Below, one piece after another: positions 18,911 to 29,287 of a stretch of DNA of 64,000 bases (position 1 is the stretch's first letter; each line of letters starts with the position of its first letter). The DNA is from Bacteroides sp. (GTDB lineage: Bacteria > Bacteroidota > Bacteroidia > Bacteroidales > Muribaculaceae): contig JAMPBC010000001.1 in the NCBI GenBank assembly GCA_023666905.1, positions 593,542 to 657,541 of the forward strand. The letters run 5' to 3'. The position numbers and the translations under genes were made by a program. The notes under the pieces are model-generated. The model had not been told where the DNA came from and made no database searches. It saw only the letters and a list, made by a program, of their open reading frames with translations.

Positions 18911-20407
18911 TTATTCAGTTACGAACACTTTTGAAGTTTTTGTTCCTTTGCGAACAATGTAAAGGCCTCCGACTTCGGGATGCTCAACCTTGATGCCCTG
19001 GAGGTTGAAGTATTCCTCGGGCTCGTTGGCATTGCTGATTTCAATGCTTTCAATGTCTGAATATCCTTCGGGCATGGTTACAACAAAGTCGGTTCGCATG
19101 GTCACCGGAGAGCCGCCGTTGAAGTCTGAACTCCACATTCCAATGGCATCGCCCGGAATGTCAATCACGTTGTTTGCCAAGGTCCCGTAACCATTGAGTT
19201 GCTTGATAATCATGTTGCCATAGTACATGTCAAGTCCCACAGGCCATTCCTCAACATATACTTGCTTGGGATTCTCGGCGTGAATGTAAAGGTAATGGTC
19301 GAGCGAGCAGTAGTGAATGTCGTACTCGGCAATATACTCGTTGGGATTGTTCAATGCCGGGTTTACAATGCGGTAAAATCCCGGAGTGTTGACATTTTCC
19401 TGAATTTCCACCTCGTAGGTGTTCGGGCCGTAGTAGTCGCCGAAAAATGCCAGGGCAAATCCTTCGGTCATTGTTGCCTGACCAAGGGAGGTCCAATTGG
19501 CATCGTTGTCGAGATTGCGGAAGAAAGCCATTGAAAGTGTTGCTTTCAAGTTTCCTTCGCTGTCAAAGCAGTTGGCTCTGAACAACCATTTGCCATGTTT
19601 GTCGGCCGGGAACTGGAGTTCCAGGTTACCGTTGTCCGGAGTGGCAGAGTTTATAACGTCGGGAGTCTGGTTCTCAAGCCCCATTGTGTAAGTTACGGTG
19701 GCAATGTCGGCGCCGGTGGTGATTATTATGTCGGCCGTTTCGCCGTTAAGGCAGCTTTCGCTTCCTGAAATGGAGGCTGAATAATCTTTGGCTCCGGGGA
19801 GGTAAAGAGTGAAGTTGGCATCGTTGTTGCTTGTTAGCCAGCCTTGCGATTGTGTCATGCAGTTAAGTCCGTTTGAGGGAAATGTTATTACAAGGTCCTC
19901 AAGCACACCGGGTGAATAAGAGCGGCCCCAAACCATTTCATCGTTAGCGTAGTAGGGCTTCACACCGGTCTCAAATTCGGGAATGTACACATTCTGCGCA
20001 TCGGTGGCATCCACAATCATGTAGTAATCCTTGGACATGTCCACTTCATCGTAGTCGGCGGCGTAGGAGCATCCCAAATAGGGGTTTACAACTCGGTAAA
20101 GCCCGGAGTGAGAGGCCGATTCCTCAACTTCCACTTGCCAGGGGGCCATCTCATAGCCGGTGTCCTGAGCCGCCCATGCAACGAAGCCGTCGGTGTAACG
20201 GCCGGTGCCGATGCTTTGCCAGTCGGTGATGGCTTCGTAATCGGAAGCAGCACTGCCGATTGCACGAGGAGCTGTAACTTTAACAGAAGGTTGTGTCGGA
20301 GCCACGCGAACGCCTCGCGGTGTTGATGCATCTATGTTAGCCGTTCCACTAACAAGGGCGGCAACAGTGCAAACCAATGTTGAAAATTGGAGTAAAGAAT
20401 GTTTCAT
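18911..20407 (-). CDS. Secreted protein with a type IX secretion C-terminal sorting domain (T9SS cargo) and an internally duplicated domain
   Basis: 498 aa. Signal peptide, two paralogous about 110-aa segments (GLYRVVNPYLG... and GFYRIVNPALN...), and C-terminal CTD motifs YFNLQGIKV, GLYIVRKG, KVFVTE. Confidence 0.7.
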   Translation of the reverse strand: MKHSLLQFSTLVCTVAALVSGTANIDASTPRGVRVAPTQPSVKVTAPRAIGSAASDYEAITDWQSIGTGRYTDGFVAWAAQDTGYEMAPWQVEVEESASHSGLYRVVNPYLGCSYAADYDEVDMSKDYYMIVDATDAQNVYIPEFETGVKPYYANDEMVWGRSYSPGVLEDLVITFPSNGLNCMTQSQGWLTSNNDANFTLYLPGAKDYSASISGSESCLNGETADIIITTGADIATVTYTMGLENQTPDVINSATPDNGNLELQFPADKHGKWLFRANCFDSEGNLKATLSMAFFRNLDNDANWTSLGQATMTEGFALAFFGDYYGPNTYEVEIQENVNTPGFYRIVNPALNNPNEYIAEYDIHYCSLDHYLYIHAENPKQVYVEEWPVGLDMYYGNMIIKQLNGYGTLANNVIDIPGDAIGMWSSDFNGGSPVTMRTDFVVTMPEGYSDIESIEISNANEPEEYFNLQGIKVEHPEVGGLYIVRKGTKTSKVFVTE

Positions 20408-20532
20408 AAAAGATAATGATAGGTTTGGTAAAAAGATTTGTTGGTCCTAAAAAGCGTGCAAAAATACAAAAAAAATTTTTATAGGCGAATAAAAAATATC
20501 ATTAAGTCACGCATAAACGCTGAGTTATGATT

Positions 20533-20540
20533 ATCTTTGC
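20533..20540 (+). promoter_or_regulatory. Candidate -7 box TATCTTTG for the sialidase gene
   Basis: TAnnTTTG match 52 nt upstream of the ATG at 20592, in an AT-rich region. Confidence 0.4.
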
Positions 20541-20591
20541 ACTGACATGGAACCATGTTTTCAGATGTGAAATTCAAAATAATCAAATGCC

Positions 20592-21758
20592 ATGAATATT
20601 TTCAAATCAATCATTTTCTCAGCATCGTTGGCTTTGGCTGCCTATGCCATGCCTGTTGCTATTCAAGCCCAAACGGCAGTCTGTTACGCCGACGGCCCTA
20701 TTGTCCGCTCACTCGTGATGGACAAAGGCGATTTCGGTTCTAAATTTTACCGTATCCCTGCAATTACAACTCTGCCCGACGGCACAATTGTTGTAGTGGC
20801 CGACAAGCGCATTGACAAACTTGACGACCTGCCCGGACGCATTGACGTGGTGGCCCGTCGGAGCACCGACGGCGGCCGAACATGGGGACCCTACATAACC
20901 GTGGCCGAGCATGATGAAACCGGTGGTTATGGCGATCCGGCAATTGTTTACGACCGCCGTACGGGTGATTTGATTGTGATTTCGTCGCATGGCAATGGCT
21001 TGTGGGACAAGTCGCCCAGCCACACAAGTGTGTCGCGCAGCCGCGACGGTGGTCTCACCTGGGAAAAGCCCGTTGATATTTCTGACCAGATTTTCACCAC
21101 CGATCCCAATGGAAAACAACCCATAAAGCTCACAGCCGCATTTGCTTCATCGGGCCGTGCTCTCCAACTCAAAAACGGCCGGCTGATGTTTGTTCTGGTG
21201 ACACGTAAAGAGGGTGTTGACCCATTCCCTTGCTATGCAATTTACAGCGATGATGGTGGCAAGAACTGGAAGGTGTCGAAAACACCGGCAACGCTCGATG
21301 GTGATGAATCGAAAATAGTGGAGCTTCCTAACGGCGATTTGCTCATGAGCATCCGGGCACGTTTCAAAAACACCCGCAAGTTCTCACTGTCAAAAGATAA
21401 AGGCGTGACATGGACGGAACTGACCGACGGTTACGATAATTTGAAGGATGTGAAGTGCAACGGTGATATTATTTCTTTAAAGCATAACGGTCGTGATGTG
21501 TTGCTTCAGTCGCTCCCTGCCGGACCGTGGCGCAGCAATATCACCATCTACGCAAGCTACGACGGAGGGAAAACCTGGCCGCACAGCTATCAGGTGATGC
21601 ATGGTCCGGCGGCATATTCCACAATGACCCTTTTGCCTGACGGGAAAACAATAGGCATGGTCACCGAAGAGGGTGTGCACGATGTTAATGACCGTCATCA
21701 TCAGGGCTATCGCCTTTGGTTCACTTCAATACCGGTTTCAGATATTTTGGGAGAATAA
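20592..21758 (+). CDS. Exo-alpha-sialidase (GH33, BNR/Asp-box repeats), secreted
   Basis: Signal peptide. RIP motif (YRIPAITTLPDG) and four Asp-boxes (STDGGRTW, SRDGGLTW, SDDGGKNW, SYDGGKTW). Confidence 0.85.
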   Translation: MNIFKSIIFSASLALAAYAMPVAIQAQTAVCYADGPIVRSLVMDKGDFGSKFYRIPAITTLPDGTIVVVADKRIDKLDDLPGRIDVVARRSTDGGRTWGPYITVAEHDETGGYGDPAIVYDRRTGDLIVISSHGNGLWDKSPSHTSVSRSRDGGLTWEKPVDISDQIFTTDPNGKQPIKLTAAFASSGRALQLKNGRLMFVLVTRKEGVDPFPCYAIYSDDGGKNWKVSKTPATLDGDESKIVELPNGDLLMSIRARFKNTRKFSLSKDKGVTWTELTDGYDNLKDVKCNGDIISLKHNGRDVLLQSLPAGPWRSNITIYASYDGGKTWPHSYQVMHGPAAYSTMTLLPDGKTIGMVTEEGVHDVNDRHHQGYRLWFTSIPVSDILGE

Positions 21759-21777
21759 CCCCATCCGCTAATACATT

Positions 21778-21825
21778 AACGCCCGCCGGAACGTGAAAAA
21801 GCGTCCGGCGGGCGTTGAGTTTTTG
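21778..21825. terminator. Strong bidirectional intrinsic terminator between the convergent sialidase and der genes
   Basis: 13-bp perfect GC-rich stem AACGCCCGCCGGA / TCCGGCGGGCGTT with a 13-nt loop, followed by GAGTTTTTGG. Confidence 0.7.
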
Positions 21826-21835
21826 GGGTGAAGAG

Positions 21836-23152
21836 TTATTTTTCCCTCAGATATATGTTTATGGGAGTTCCGGAGAAGTCCCAGTTCTCACGAATCTTGT
21901 TCTCAAGATAGCGCCTGTAAGGCTCCTTGACCCATTGCGGCAAATTGCAGAAAAAGATAAATGTGGGAATCTGCGCGCCTTTAAGCATGGTGACATATTT
22001 GATTTTCACATATTTTCCCTTGTTGGCAGGAGGCGGATATGCGGCGATGGCCTCAAGCATCACATTGTTGAGTTGCGAGGTGGGTACGGTGCGTTTGCGA
22101 TTGTTATAGACCTCGACGGCTGTTTCAAGCACTTTGTATATGCGCTGCTTGGTGAGGGCGGAGCCGAAAATAATTGGAAAATCGGTAAAGGGTGCGAAAC
22201 GTTCGCGAATGGTGTCGCGGAAAAAGTTAATGGCTTTTTCCGATTTATCTTTGACCAAATCCCATTTGTTGACGCACACAACCAATCCTTTTTTATTGCG
22301 CTGAATGAGAGAGAATATGCTCACATCCTGCGATTCTATTCCTCGGGTGGCGTCAATCATGAGTATGCACACATCCGAGGCTTCTATGGCTCTGATGGAG
22401 CGAATCACCGAATAATATTCAATGTCTTCGTTGACCTTGCTTTTTTTGCGGATACCGGCGGTGTCGACCAGATAGAAGTCGAAACCGAACTTGTTGTAAC
22501 GCGTGTAAATGCTGTCGCGGGTGGTTCCGGCCACGTCGGTCACAATGTTGCGCTCCTCGCTTATGAAGGCATTGATTATCGATGACTTTCCTGCGTTCGG
22601 ACGTCCCACAATGGCAAACTTGGGTATGTCGTCAAGCTGCTCGGCGGTGTCTTCCTCCACAGGTGGGAGTTTTTTCACAACTTCGTCAAGCAGGTCGCCT
22701 GTGCCGAATCCGTTTACGGCCGACACCGGGTATGGTTCGCCGAGGCCGAGAGCGTAAAATTCAGGCACGTTGTAGAGCCAGTCGTTGGAATCGACTTTGT
22801 TTGCCACGAGAAGCACCGGTTTGCGCGATTTACGCAGAATTTCGGCCACATGGTCGTCAAGATCGGTCACGCCGTTCATGGCATCGACCACAAACATGAT
22901 TTCGTCAGCCTGCTCAATGGCAAGATGAACCTGCTTGTTGATTTCCGATTCAAAGATGTCGTCGGAGTTCACAACCCATCCGCCGGTATCGACAATGGAG
23001 AAGTCTCGTCCGTTCCAGTCCACGTGGCCATACTGACGGTCGCGGGTGGTACCGGCCGTGTCGTCGACAATGGCCGAGCGGCTGCGTGTCAATCGGTTGA
23101 AAAGTGTGGACTTGCCCACGTTGGGGCGCCCTACAATGGCTATGAGTGACAT
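21836..23152 (-). CDS. der: Ribosome biogenesis GTPase Der (EngA), tandem GTPase domains plus KH
   Basis: Two G domains (GRPNVGKST and GRPNAGKSS) and a C-terminal KH-like domain. Confidence 0.9.
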   Translation of the reverse strand: MSLIAIVGRPNVGKSTLFNRLTRSRSAIVDDTAGTTRDRQYGHVDWNGRDFSIVDTGGWVVNSDDIFESEINKQVHLAIEQADEIMFVVDAMNGVTDLDDHVAEILRKSRKPVLLVANKVDSNDWLYNVPEFYALGLGEPYPVSAVNGFGTGDLLDEVVKKLPPVEEDTAEQLDDIPKFAIVGRPNAGKSSIINAFISEERNIVTDVAGTTRDSIYTRYNKFGFDFYLVDTAGIRKKSKVNEDIEYYSVIRSIRAIEASDVCILMIDATRGIESQDVSIFSLIQRNKKGLVVCVNKWDLVKDKSEKAINFFRDTIRERFAPFTDFPIIFGSALTKQRIYKVLETAVEVYNNRKRTVPTSQLNNVMLEAIAAYPPPANKGKYVKIKYVTMLKGAQIPTFIFFCNLPQWVKEPYRRYLENKIRENWDFSGTPINIYLREK

Positions 23153-23193
23153 TTGGTTACTTGTTTTGGTGTGAGCGGCAAAGTTACGAATTT

Positions 23194-24084
23194 TTATTCA
23201 ATGTAACCGAATGCTTTAAGTTTGTTTTCGCGGTTACGCCAGTTAGGTTCCACTTTTACAAAGAGTTCCAGAAACACTTTCTTGCCAAAGAAGGTCTCAA
23301 TGTCTTTGCGGGCTTCGGTGCCCACTTTTTTTAGCATGGCGCCGCCTTTGCCAATAAGGATGCCCTTCTGCGAGTCACGTTCCACATAAATCACGGCCAT
23401 AATGTGGATGGCTCCCTCTTTTTCATCGAATTTCTCTACAATCACCTCTGTGGAATAGGGCACTTCCTTCTGATAGTTCAGCAGGATTTTTTCGCGGATT
23501 ATTTCCGTTACGAAGAATCGGGCGGGCTTGTCGGTTAAAGCATCCTTTCCGAAATAGGGGGCGCTGACAGGTAGCAGCTCCACAATGCGGTTCATTATGT
23601 TCTGAACATTGAAGTGCTCCAGTGCCGATGTAGGGAACACTTCAGCGTTTGGCAACAGCTCTTTCCAGCGGGCCACAATCTCTTCAAGCTGCGATTGTTC
23701 CCTGAGCAGGTCAATTTTGTTGATTACCAATAAAACGGGCACTGTTTCTTTAGCAACTCGTGCAAGGAAGTCGGCATTCTTTGTGGGGTCCTCCACCACA
23801 TCGGTAACGTAGAGCAAAATGTCGGCGTCGGTCAGTGCGCCTTCGGAGTAGTCGAGCATGCTCTCCTGAAGTTTGTATTTGGGCTTGAGCACACCGGGAG
23901 TGTCCGAGAACACAATCTGGTAATCGGGGGTGTTCACAATGCCCATTATACGGTGACGGGTGGTTTGAGCCTTAGAGGTGATTATGCTTATGCGTTCGCC
24001 AACAAGGTCGTTCATGAGGGTTGACTTACCCACGTTAGGGTTTCCTACAATGTTTACAAAGCCGGCTTTGTGATTATCTGTCAT
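23194..24084 (-). CDS. era: GTPase Era
   Basis: 296 aa. G1 GNPNVGKST and a C-terminal KH domain. Confidence 0.9.
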   Translation of the reverse strand: MTDNHKAGFVNIVGNPNVGKSTLMNDLVGERISIITSKAQTTRHRIMGIVNTPDYQIVFSDTPGVLKPKYKLQESMLDYSEGALTDADILLYVTDVVEDPTKNADFLARVAKETVPVLLVINKIDLLREQSQLEEIVARWKELLPNAEVFPTSALEHFNVQNIMNRIVELLPVSAPYFGKDALTDKPARFFVTEIIREKILLNYQKEVPYSTEVIVEKFDEKEGAIHIMAVIYVERDSQKGILIGKGGAMLKKVGTEARKDIETFFGKKVFLELFVKVEPNWRNRENKLKAFGYIE

Positions 24085-24197
24085 GATGATTTTGTTTTGG
24101 TTATGAGGTTGCGCGGGAACAAGCTCCCGCAGAATAAAAACACAGATAGCACCTGAAAAGATGCTATCCGAGTCTTATTTTTTGCTAAAAAGGTGAA

Positions 24198-25181
24198 TCA
24201 AATGTCCCAAATCACGTACATGGCACCCCAAGTGAAGCCGGCGCCAAATGCGGTGAGCACCAGTTTGTCGCCCTTCTTGAGCTTGCTTTCGTTCTCCGAA
24301 ATGCACAATGGGATTGATGCGGCCGATGTGTTGCCGCGATATTCAATGTTCACAAGAACCTTTTCAGGAGCAATGCCGGCGCGTGAAGCCACAGCCTCGA
24401 TTATGCGCAGGTTGGCTTGATGAGGAATGAGGTAGTCAACAGAGTCCATTGTGAGGTTGTTGCGCTTGCAAACCTCGAGGGTTGACTCGAGCATGTCCAT
24501 CACGGCATGTTTGTAAACAAAGCGGCCGTCCTGATAAACAAAGTGGTCACCGGCATCGACTGTTTCGTGGCTTGCGGGAAGCACTGAGCCTCCGGCACGC
24601 ATCAGAAGGTGCTCTTTGCCAATGCCGTCGACATGGAACACAGCGTCCATCACGCCCACTTCGCGGTCAGTGGGCTCCAGAAGCATGGCTGCTGCACCGT
24701 CGCCAAACAGCGGGCAGGTGGTGCGGTCAGTGTAGTTGACCATTGACGACATCATTTCGGCAGCCACCACCACAACTTTTTTGCGAAGGCCTGACTTTAT
24801 GTAAGCCGCTCCATCCTGAAGGGCCACGATGCATCCGGCGCAAGCGGCCTGAATGTCGTAGGCATAGGCATTTTTAAGGCCGCAACCATAGGCAATGATT
24901 GAGCCTGTGGAGGGGAAGCGATAGTCGGGGTTGGATGTGGCGCAAATAAGCAGGTCCACATCTTCGGGATTGGTTCCGGTTTTTTCAAGAAGGGTTTTCA
25001 CTGCCTGGATGCCCATGTAGGATGAGCCTGCGCCCTCTTTTTTGAGGATTCGGCGTTCTTTTACTCCCACGCGGGTTGTGATCCATTCGTCGGACGTGTC
25101 GACCATCTTGGAAAGCATCTCGTTGTCAAGTATATCCTCCGGCACGTACGATGCCACGCCGGAAATTCTTGCATGTGTCAT
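24198..25181 (-). CDS. fabH: 3-oxoacyl-ACP synthase III
   Basis: 327 aa. Active-site Cys context AACAGC. Typical position in the yceD-rpmF-fabH cluster. Confidence 0.9.
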   Translation of the reverse strand: MTHARISGVASYVPEDILDNEMLSKMVDTSDEWITTRVGVKERRILKKEGAGSSYMGIQAVKTLLEKTGTNPEDVDLLICATSNPDYRFPSTGSIIAYGCGLKNAYAYDIQAACAGCIVALQDGAAYIKSGLRKKVVVVAAEMMSSMVNYTDRTTCPLFGDGAAAMLLEPTDREVGVMDAVFHVDGIGKEHLLMRAGGSVLPASHETVDAGDHFVYQDGRFVYKHAVMDMLESTLEVCKRNNLTMDSVDYLIPHQANLRIIEAVASRAGIAPEKVLVNIEYRGNTSAASIPLCISENESKLKKGDKLVLTAFGAGFTWGAMYVIWDI

Positions 25182-25306
25182 ATATTGGGTGGTGTTTTGT
25201 GTTAATTTTATGCAATTACAGGCGGCGATTAAGCAAGTAAATCACCGCCGGTTATCATAATACCTGAAATTGTTTCGGCATCGGGCCGCATGGGCCTGCG
25301 AGCTGG

Positions 25307-25492
25307 TTAGGCCATTTCGGGTTTTTCGATGGCTATTTTGCCACGATAGTATCCACATTCACCACACACGGTGTGATAGATGTGCCATGCGCCACAGTTG
25401 GGGCAGAGTGCCAAAGTGGGAGCCACTGCCTTGTCGTGGGTGCGACGTTTGGCTGTGCGGGTCTTTGATTGTTTGCGTTTGGGATGTGCCAT
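25307..25492 (-). CDS. rpmF: 50S ribosomal protein L32
   Basis: 61 aa, MAHPKRKQSKTRTAKRR with a CxxC...CxxC zinc ribbon. Confidence 0.9.
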   Translation of the reverse strand: MAHPKRKQSKTRTAKRRTHDKAVAPTLALCPNCGAWHIYHTVCGECGYYRGKIAIEKPEMA

Positions 25493-25571
25493 TGTTCTGT
25501 TAAGTTATTGTTATTTGTTTGTTTCTTATTTGGCCGGCGGAAAGCGTGCGCTGCGCGCTTCTGCCGGAGTG

Positions 25572-26165
25572 TTATTCTGTGTCGGTTTTTTCTGAGCCGA
25601 GACCTTTGAGGGCGTCCCAGCGGGGATCGGTGGACTGGTTGTCCGGCTCCGAGTCCATGGAGTCCATTTCGTCGATTAGCGTTTCCTCTAACTCGGCATC
25701 CTCGTCGGCCGGTTGGGTGCGGTGCTTTCTGAGCATCTGGCTCATCTGTCGGTTGCACTTGCCCATTGGGTGAACATGCTTCATGGGAATGGTCAGAGCC
25801 ACGGTGTCGTAAAGCATGTAGGCCACGTTGAGGTAATTGTCGCCATAAGGAATCACCAGCAAGTCGTCGGCCTCGTCATTATAGTCGTCGCCATACTTCA
25901 CGTTGATATTGTAGTCCGTGTCAACGGGCATAATCAGGTCGTCAAGGCAACGGTCGCAAATCAGAGTGATTGTTCCGGTAATTTTGAAGTTGAGCGTGTA
26001 CAAGTCGCGCTTATAGGTCACAGTTAGTGCAACATGAAGGTCGGCATCGTGGATATCCGGGCTCTCCATGTTTTCAAAGAACTTCTTACCGAGGTGATAT
26101 TCAAATGAATGAACGCCTTCGGGGAGGCTCTTTAACGGTAGCTTGAATTCTGTAAACTTTCCCAC
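25572..26165 (-). CDS. yceD: YceD/DUF177 family protein (23S rRNA accumulation protein)
   Basis: 197 aa, acidic C-terminus, conserved position upstream of rpmF. Confidence 0.75.
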   Translation of the reverse strand: MGKFTEFKLPLKSLPEGVHSFEYHLGKKFFENMESPDIHDADLHVALTVTYKRDLYTLNFKITGTITLICDRCLDDLIMPVDTDYNINVKYGDDYNDEADDLLVIPYGDNYLNVAYMLYDTVALTIPMKHVHPMGKCNRQMSQMLRKHRTQPADEDAELEETLIDEMDSMDSEPDNQSTDPRWDALKGLGSEKTDTE

Positions 26166-26347
26166 AGGGACAATAATGGTTGAAAAAACTTTGCAAAGTT
26201 ACAAAATTTATTGAGAATTACCAATTAATTTTTTATTTGCGTTTCGAATTGAATTCTCAGGTTCCATTCCTTATCGGATGGGGCTCTTAGACGAACGTTG
26301 AAACGGACAACCGGATGCGGCAGGTTTCGTCTGGACTTTACGCAAAT

Positions 26348-26390
26348 TATATAAACAAATGTCCCGCTTTATATAAACAAATGCCCCGCT
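26348..26390. repeat. Tandem direct repeat, 2 x 21 bp (TATATAAACAAATGyCCCGCT) with one mismatch
   Basis: Read directly from the sequence. Lies immediately 3' of the terminator hairpin of the frd/sdh operon. Confidence 0.6.
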
Positions 26391-26391
26391 G

Positions 26392-26422
26392 CCGGGAGTT
26401 TTGACAGCGGGACATGTAGGGG
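26392..26422 (-). terminator. Intrinsic terminator of the frd/sdh operon (minus strand)
   Basis: Minus-strand hairpin GUCCCGCUG-13 nt loop-CAGCGGGGC followed by AUUUGUUUAUAUA. 33 nt downstream of the sdhB/frdB stop. Confidence 0.45.
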
Positions 26423-26454
26423 ATGATTGTTTATCAGCTATTATGAGCCGGAAA

Positions 26455-27210
26455 TCAATCGGCTATTTTAGCCTTGATAAATTCGCGGTTCAAACGGGCG
26501 ATGTTGCTCAGCGGAACGTTCTTGGGGCACTCGGCGGCGCAAGCACCGGTGTTGGTGCAGTTACCGAATCCGAGCTCGTCCATGCGGCGAACCATGGCGC
26601 GTGCACGGCGTGCACGTTCCACCTGTCCCTGAGGAAGCAATGCAAACTGGCTCACCTTGGCTGAAACAAACAGCATGGCGGAACCGTTTTTGCAAGCAGC
26701 CACGCAAGCACCGCAGCCAATGCAGGTGGCGGAGTCCATGGCCACGTCGGCAACTTCCTTGGAAATGGGAGTGGCGTTGGCATCGGGAGCACCACCGCAG
26801 TTGAACGACACGTAACCGCCGGCTTGCTGGATTTTGTCGAACGCGTTGCGGTCAACCATCAAGTCGCGAATCACAGGGAAAGCGGCTGAGCGCCAGGGCT
26901 CAATTGTAATGGTGTCGCCATCGTTGAATTTGCGCATGTGAAGCTGGCAAGTGGTGATTCCCTGCACGGGTCCGTGGGGGTGACCATTGATGTAGAGCGA
27001 GCACATGCCGCAAATGCCTTCGCGGCAGTCGTTGTCAAACACCACCGGCTCATCGCCTTTCTCCACAAGCTGCTGGTTGAGCATGTCGAGCATTTCAAGG
27101 AACGAGCTTCCGGTGGAAACGTTGTCAAGGTGGTAGTTGACGAACTGACCCTTTTCTTTAGGACCACGTTGACGCCAAATTTTCAAATTTACGCTTATTG
27201 TAGTTTCCAT
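26455..27210 (-). CDS. frdB: Fumarate reductase / succinate dehydrogenase iron-sulfur subunit
   Basis: 251 aa. 2Fe-2S and 4Fe-4S/3Fe-4S cysteine clusters ([32 protein letters not shown]). Confidence 0.9.
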   Translation of the reverse strand: METTISVNLKIWRQRGPKEKGQFVNYHLDNVSTGSSFLEMLDMLNQQLVEKGDEPVVFDNDCREGICGMCSLYINGHPHGPVQGITTCQLHMRKFNDGDTITIEPWRSAAFPVIRDLMVDRNAFDKIQQAGGYVSFNCGGAPDANATPISKEVADVAMDSATCIGCGACVAACKNGSAMLFVSAKVSQFALLPQGQVERARRARAMVRRMDELGFGNCTNTGACAAECPKNVPLSNIARLNREFIKAKIAD

Positions 27211-27247
27211 TGATGTCTACTTATTATTAAGGTGGTGAGAAAAGGGA

Positions 27248-29275
27248 TTATGACTTGTAGTTACGTGTTTGAACCTTGATGGCTTCATACTTGAGCGGCT
27301 CTTTGAGCAGGATGGGTTTCTCGTTGTCGCCGGTGTATTTCCAGCAGGAAACGTACATGTAGTGCTCATCGTCACGGGCAGCTTCGCCATCGGCGGTCTG
27401 ATACTCTTCGCGGAAGTGTGCGCCGCACGATTCGTTGCGGTGCAGTGCGTCGATAGCCATCATCTTGGCCATAACAAGGAAGTCTTCGAGGCGGAGTGCC
27501 TTTTCAAGTTCGGTGTTGAGGTCGTTGGCTTCGCCCACAATGCGGAGGTCAGTGTAGAACTCTTTCTTCACCTCTTCAATTTCGTCGACAGCTTCAACAA
27601 GGCTCTGGAGTGTGCGGCCCATACCTACGAGGTTCCACATCACGTGACCCAGACGTTTGTGAATTTCATCGGGGCTCTTGGTGCCCTTGATGTTCATCAG
27701 CTTCTCGATGCGGGCTCTGACATCGGCTTCAGCTTTGTCGAACTCAGGAGTGTTGGTTGTGAAGTGTGGAACTTTAATCTGGTCGGCCAGGTAGTTCTGC
27801 ATGGTGTAGGGGATAACGAAGTAACCGTCGGCCAGACCCTGCATAAGGGCAGAGGCACCAAGGCGGTTTGCACCGTGATCCGAGAAGTTACATTCACCAA
27901 TGGCAAAAAGACCCTTGATTGAAGTTTGCAGTTCGTAGTCAACCCAAATACCGCCCATGGTGTAGTGTGATGCGGGGAATATCATCATGGGAGTTTCGTA
28001 AGGATTGTCGTCGGAAATCATCTGATACATGTCGAAGAGGTTTCCGTAGCGGTCGCGAACCACGTCGGCGCCAAGGCGCTCAATGGCATATTTGAAGTCC
28101 AGATAAACGGCGTTGCCTGTTCCTACACCGTAGCCGGCGTCGCAGCGTTCTTTGGCTGCACGTGAGGCGATGTCGCGGGGACAGAGGTTACCGAATGCCG
28201 GGTAGCGGCGTTCCAGATAGAAGTCGCGGTCCTCATCGGGGATGTCGGTGGGGCGTTTTTTGCCGGCGCGGATGGCTTCGGCATCTTCTTTCTTCTTGGG
28301 AACCCAAATGCGGCCGTCGTTACGGAGCGATTCGCTCATGAGGGTGAGCTTCGATTGGTCCTCACCGTGAACGGGGATACATGTGGGGTGAATCTGAGTG
28401 AAGGCGAGGTTTGAAAGGTAAGCACCTTTGCGGAAAGCCTGGATGGCGGCTGAACCGTTGCAACCCATGGCGTTGGTTGACAGGAAGAAGGTGCGGCCGT
28501 AGCCTCCGGTGGCGAGCACCACAGCGTGGGCGGCGTAGCGTTCGAGTTCACCGGTGATGAGGTTGCGCACAATGATACCGCGGCAGCGGCCATCAATCAT
28601 AACCAAGTCAAGCATTTCGCGACGGTTGAACGAGCGGACGGTGCCTTTTTCAATCTGGCGGTTGAGCGATGCGTAAGCACCAAGCAGAAGCTGCTGGCCG
28701 GTTTGGCCTTTGGCATAGAATGTACGTGACACCTGTGCGCCACCGAATGAACGGTTGGCAAGCAGACCGCCGTATTCGCGGGCAAAAGGTACACCCTGCT
28801 GTACGCACTGGTCAATGATGTTGTTCGACACTTCGGCAAGGCGGTAAACGTTGGCTTCGCGTGAACGGAAGTCGCCACCTTTAACGGTGTCGTAGAAAAG
28901 TCGGTAAACGGAGTCGCCGTCGTTCTGATAGTCCTTGGCGGCGTTTATACCACCCTGTGCGGCAATTGAGTGAGCGCGGCGGGGTGAGTCCTGAATGCAG
29001 AAGTTCCACACGTTGAAGCCCAGTTCGGCAAGAGTTGAGGCTGCCGAAGCACCGGCCAAACCGGTTCCTACTACAATAATGTCGAGGTTGCGTTTGTTGG
29101 CGGGGTTAACGAGCTTCTGGTGAGCTTTGTAATTGGTCCATTTCTCAGCGATAGGACCTTCGGGGATTTTCGAGTCAATCTGATACTCCGGAAGTTTGGA
29201 GCTCTCGATGTCGGCGTAATCCTTCATGATGGGGGTAGAGTCAATCATACCCTTAACGTCTTCTAATTTGGCCAT
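27248..29275 (-). CDS. frdA: Fumarate reductase / succinate dehydrogenase flavoprotein subunit
   Basis: 675 aa. FAD-binding [10 protein letters not shown] and conserved catalytic His/Arg segments. Confidence 0.9.
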   Translation of the reverse strand: MAKLEDVKGMIDSTPIMKDYADIESSKLPEYQIDSKIPEGPIAEKWTNYKAHQKLVNPANKRNLDIIVVGTGLAGASAASTLAELGFNVWNFCIQDSPRRAHSIAAQGGINAAKDYQNDGDSVYRLFYDTVKGGDFRSREANVYRLAEVSNNIIDQCVQQGVPFAREYGGLLANRSFGGAQVSRTFYAKGQTGQQLLLGAYASLNRQIEKGTVRSFNRREMLDLVMIDGRCRGIIVRNLITGELERYAAHAVVLATGGYGRTFFLSTNAMGCNGSAAIQAFRKGAYLSNLAFTQIHPTCIPVHGEDQSKLTLMSESLRNDGRIWVPKKKEDAEAIRAGKKRPTDIPDEDRDFYLERRYPAFGNLCPRDIASRAAKERCDAGYGVGTGNAVYLDFKYAIERLGADVVRDRYGNLFDMYQMISDDNPYETPMMIFPASHYTMGGIWVDYELQTSIKGLFAIGECNFSDHGANRLGASALMQGLADGYFVIPYTMQNYLADQIKVPHFTTNTPEFDKAEADVRARIEKLMNIKGTKSPDEIHKRLGHVMWNLVGMGRTLQSLVEAVDEIEEVKKEFYTDLRIVGEANDLNTELEKALRLEDFLVMAKMMAIDALHRNESCGAHFREEYQTADGEAARDDEHYMYVSCWKYTGDNEKPILLKEPLKYEAIKVQTRNYKS

Positions 29276-29287
29276 ATCTTTGAGTTG

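Noticed and set aside
21815-22585. 256-aa plus-strand ORF
   Set aside because: Antisense within der (EngA). The plus-strand ORF has no recognisable domain, while Der motifs are complete on the minus strand.
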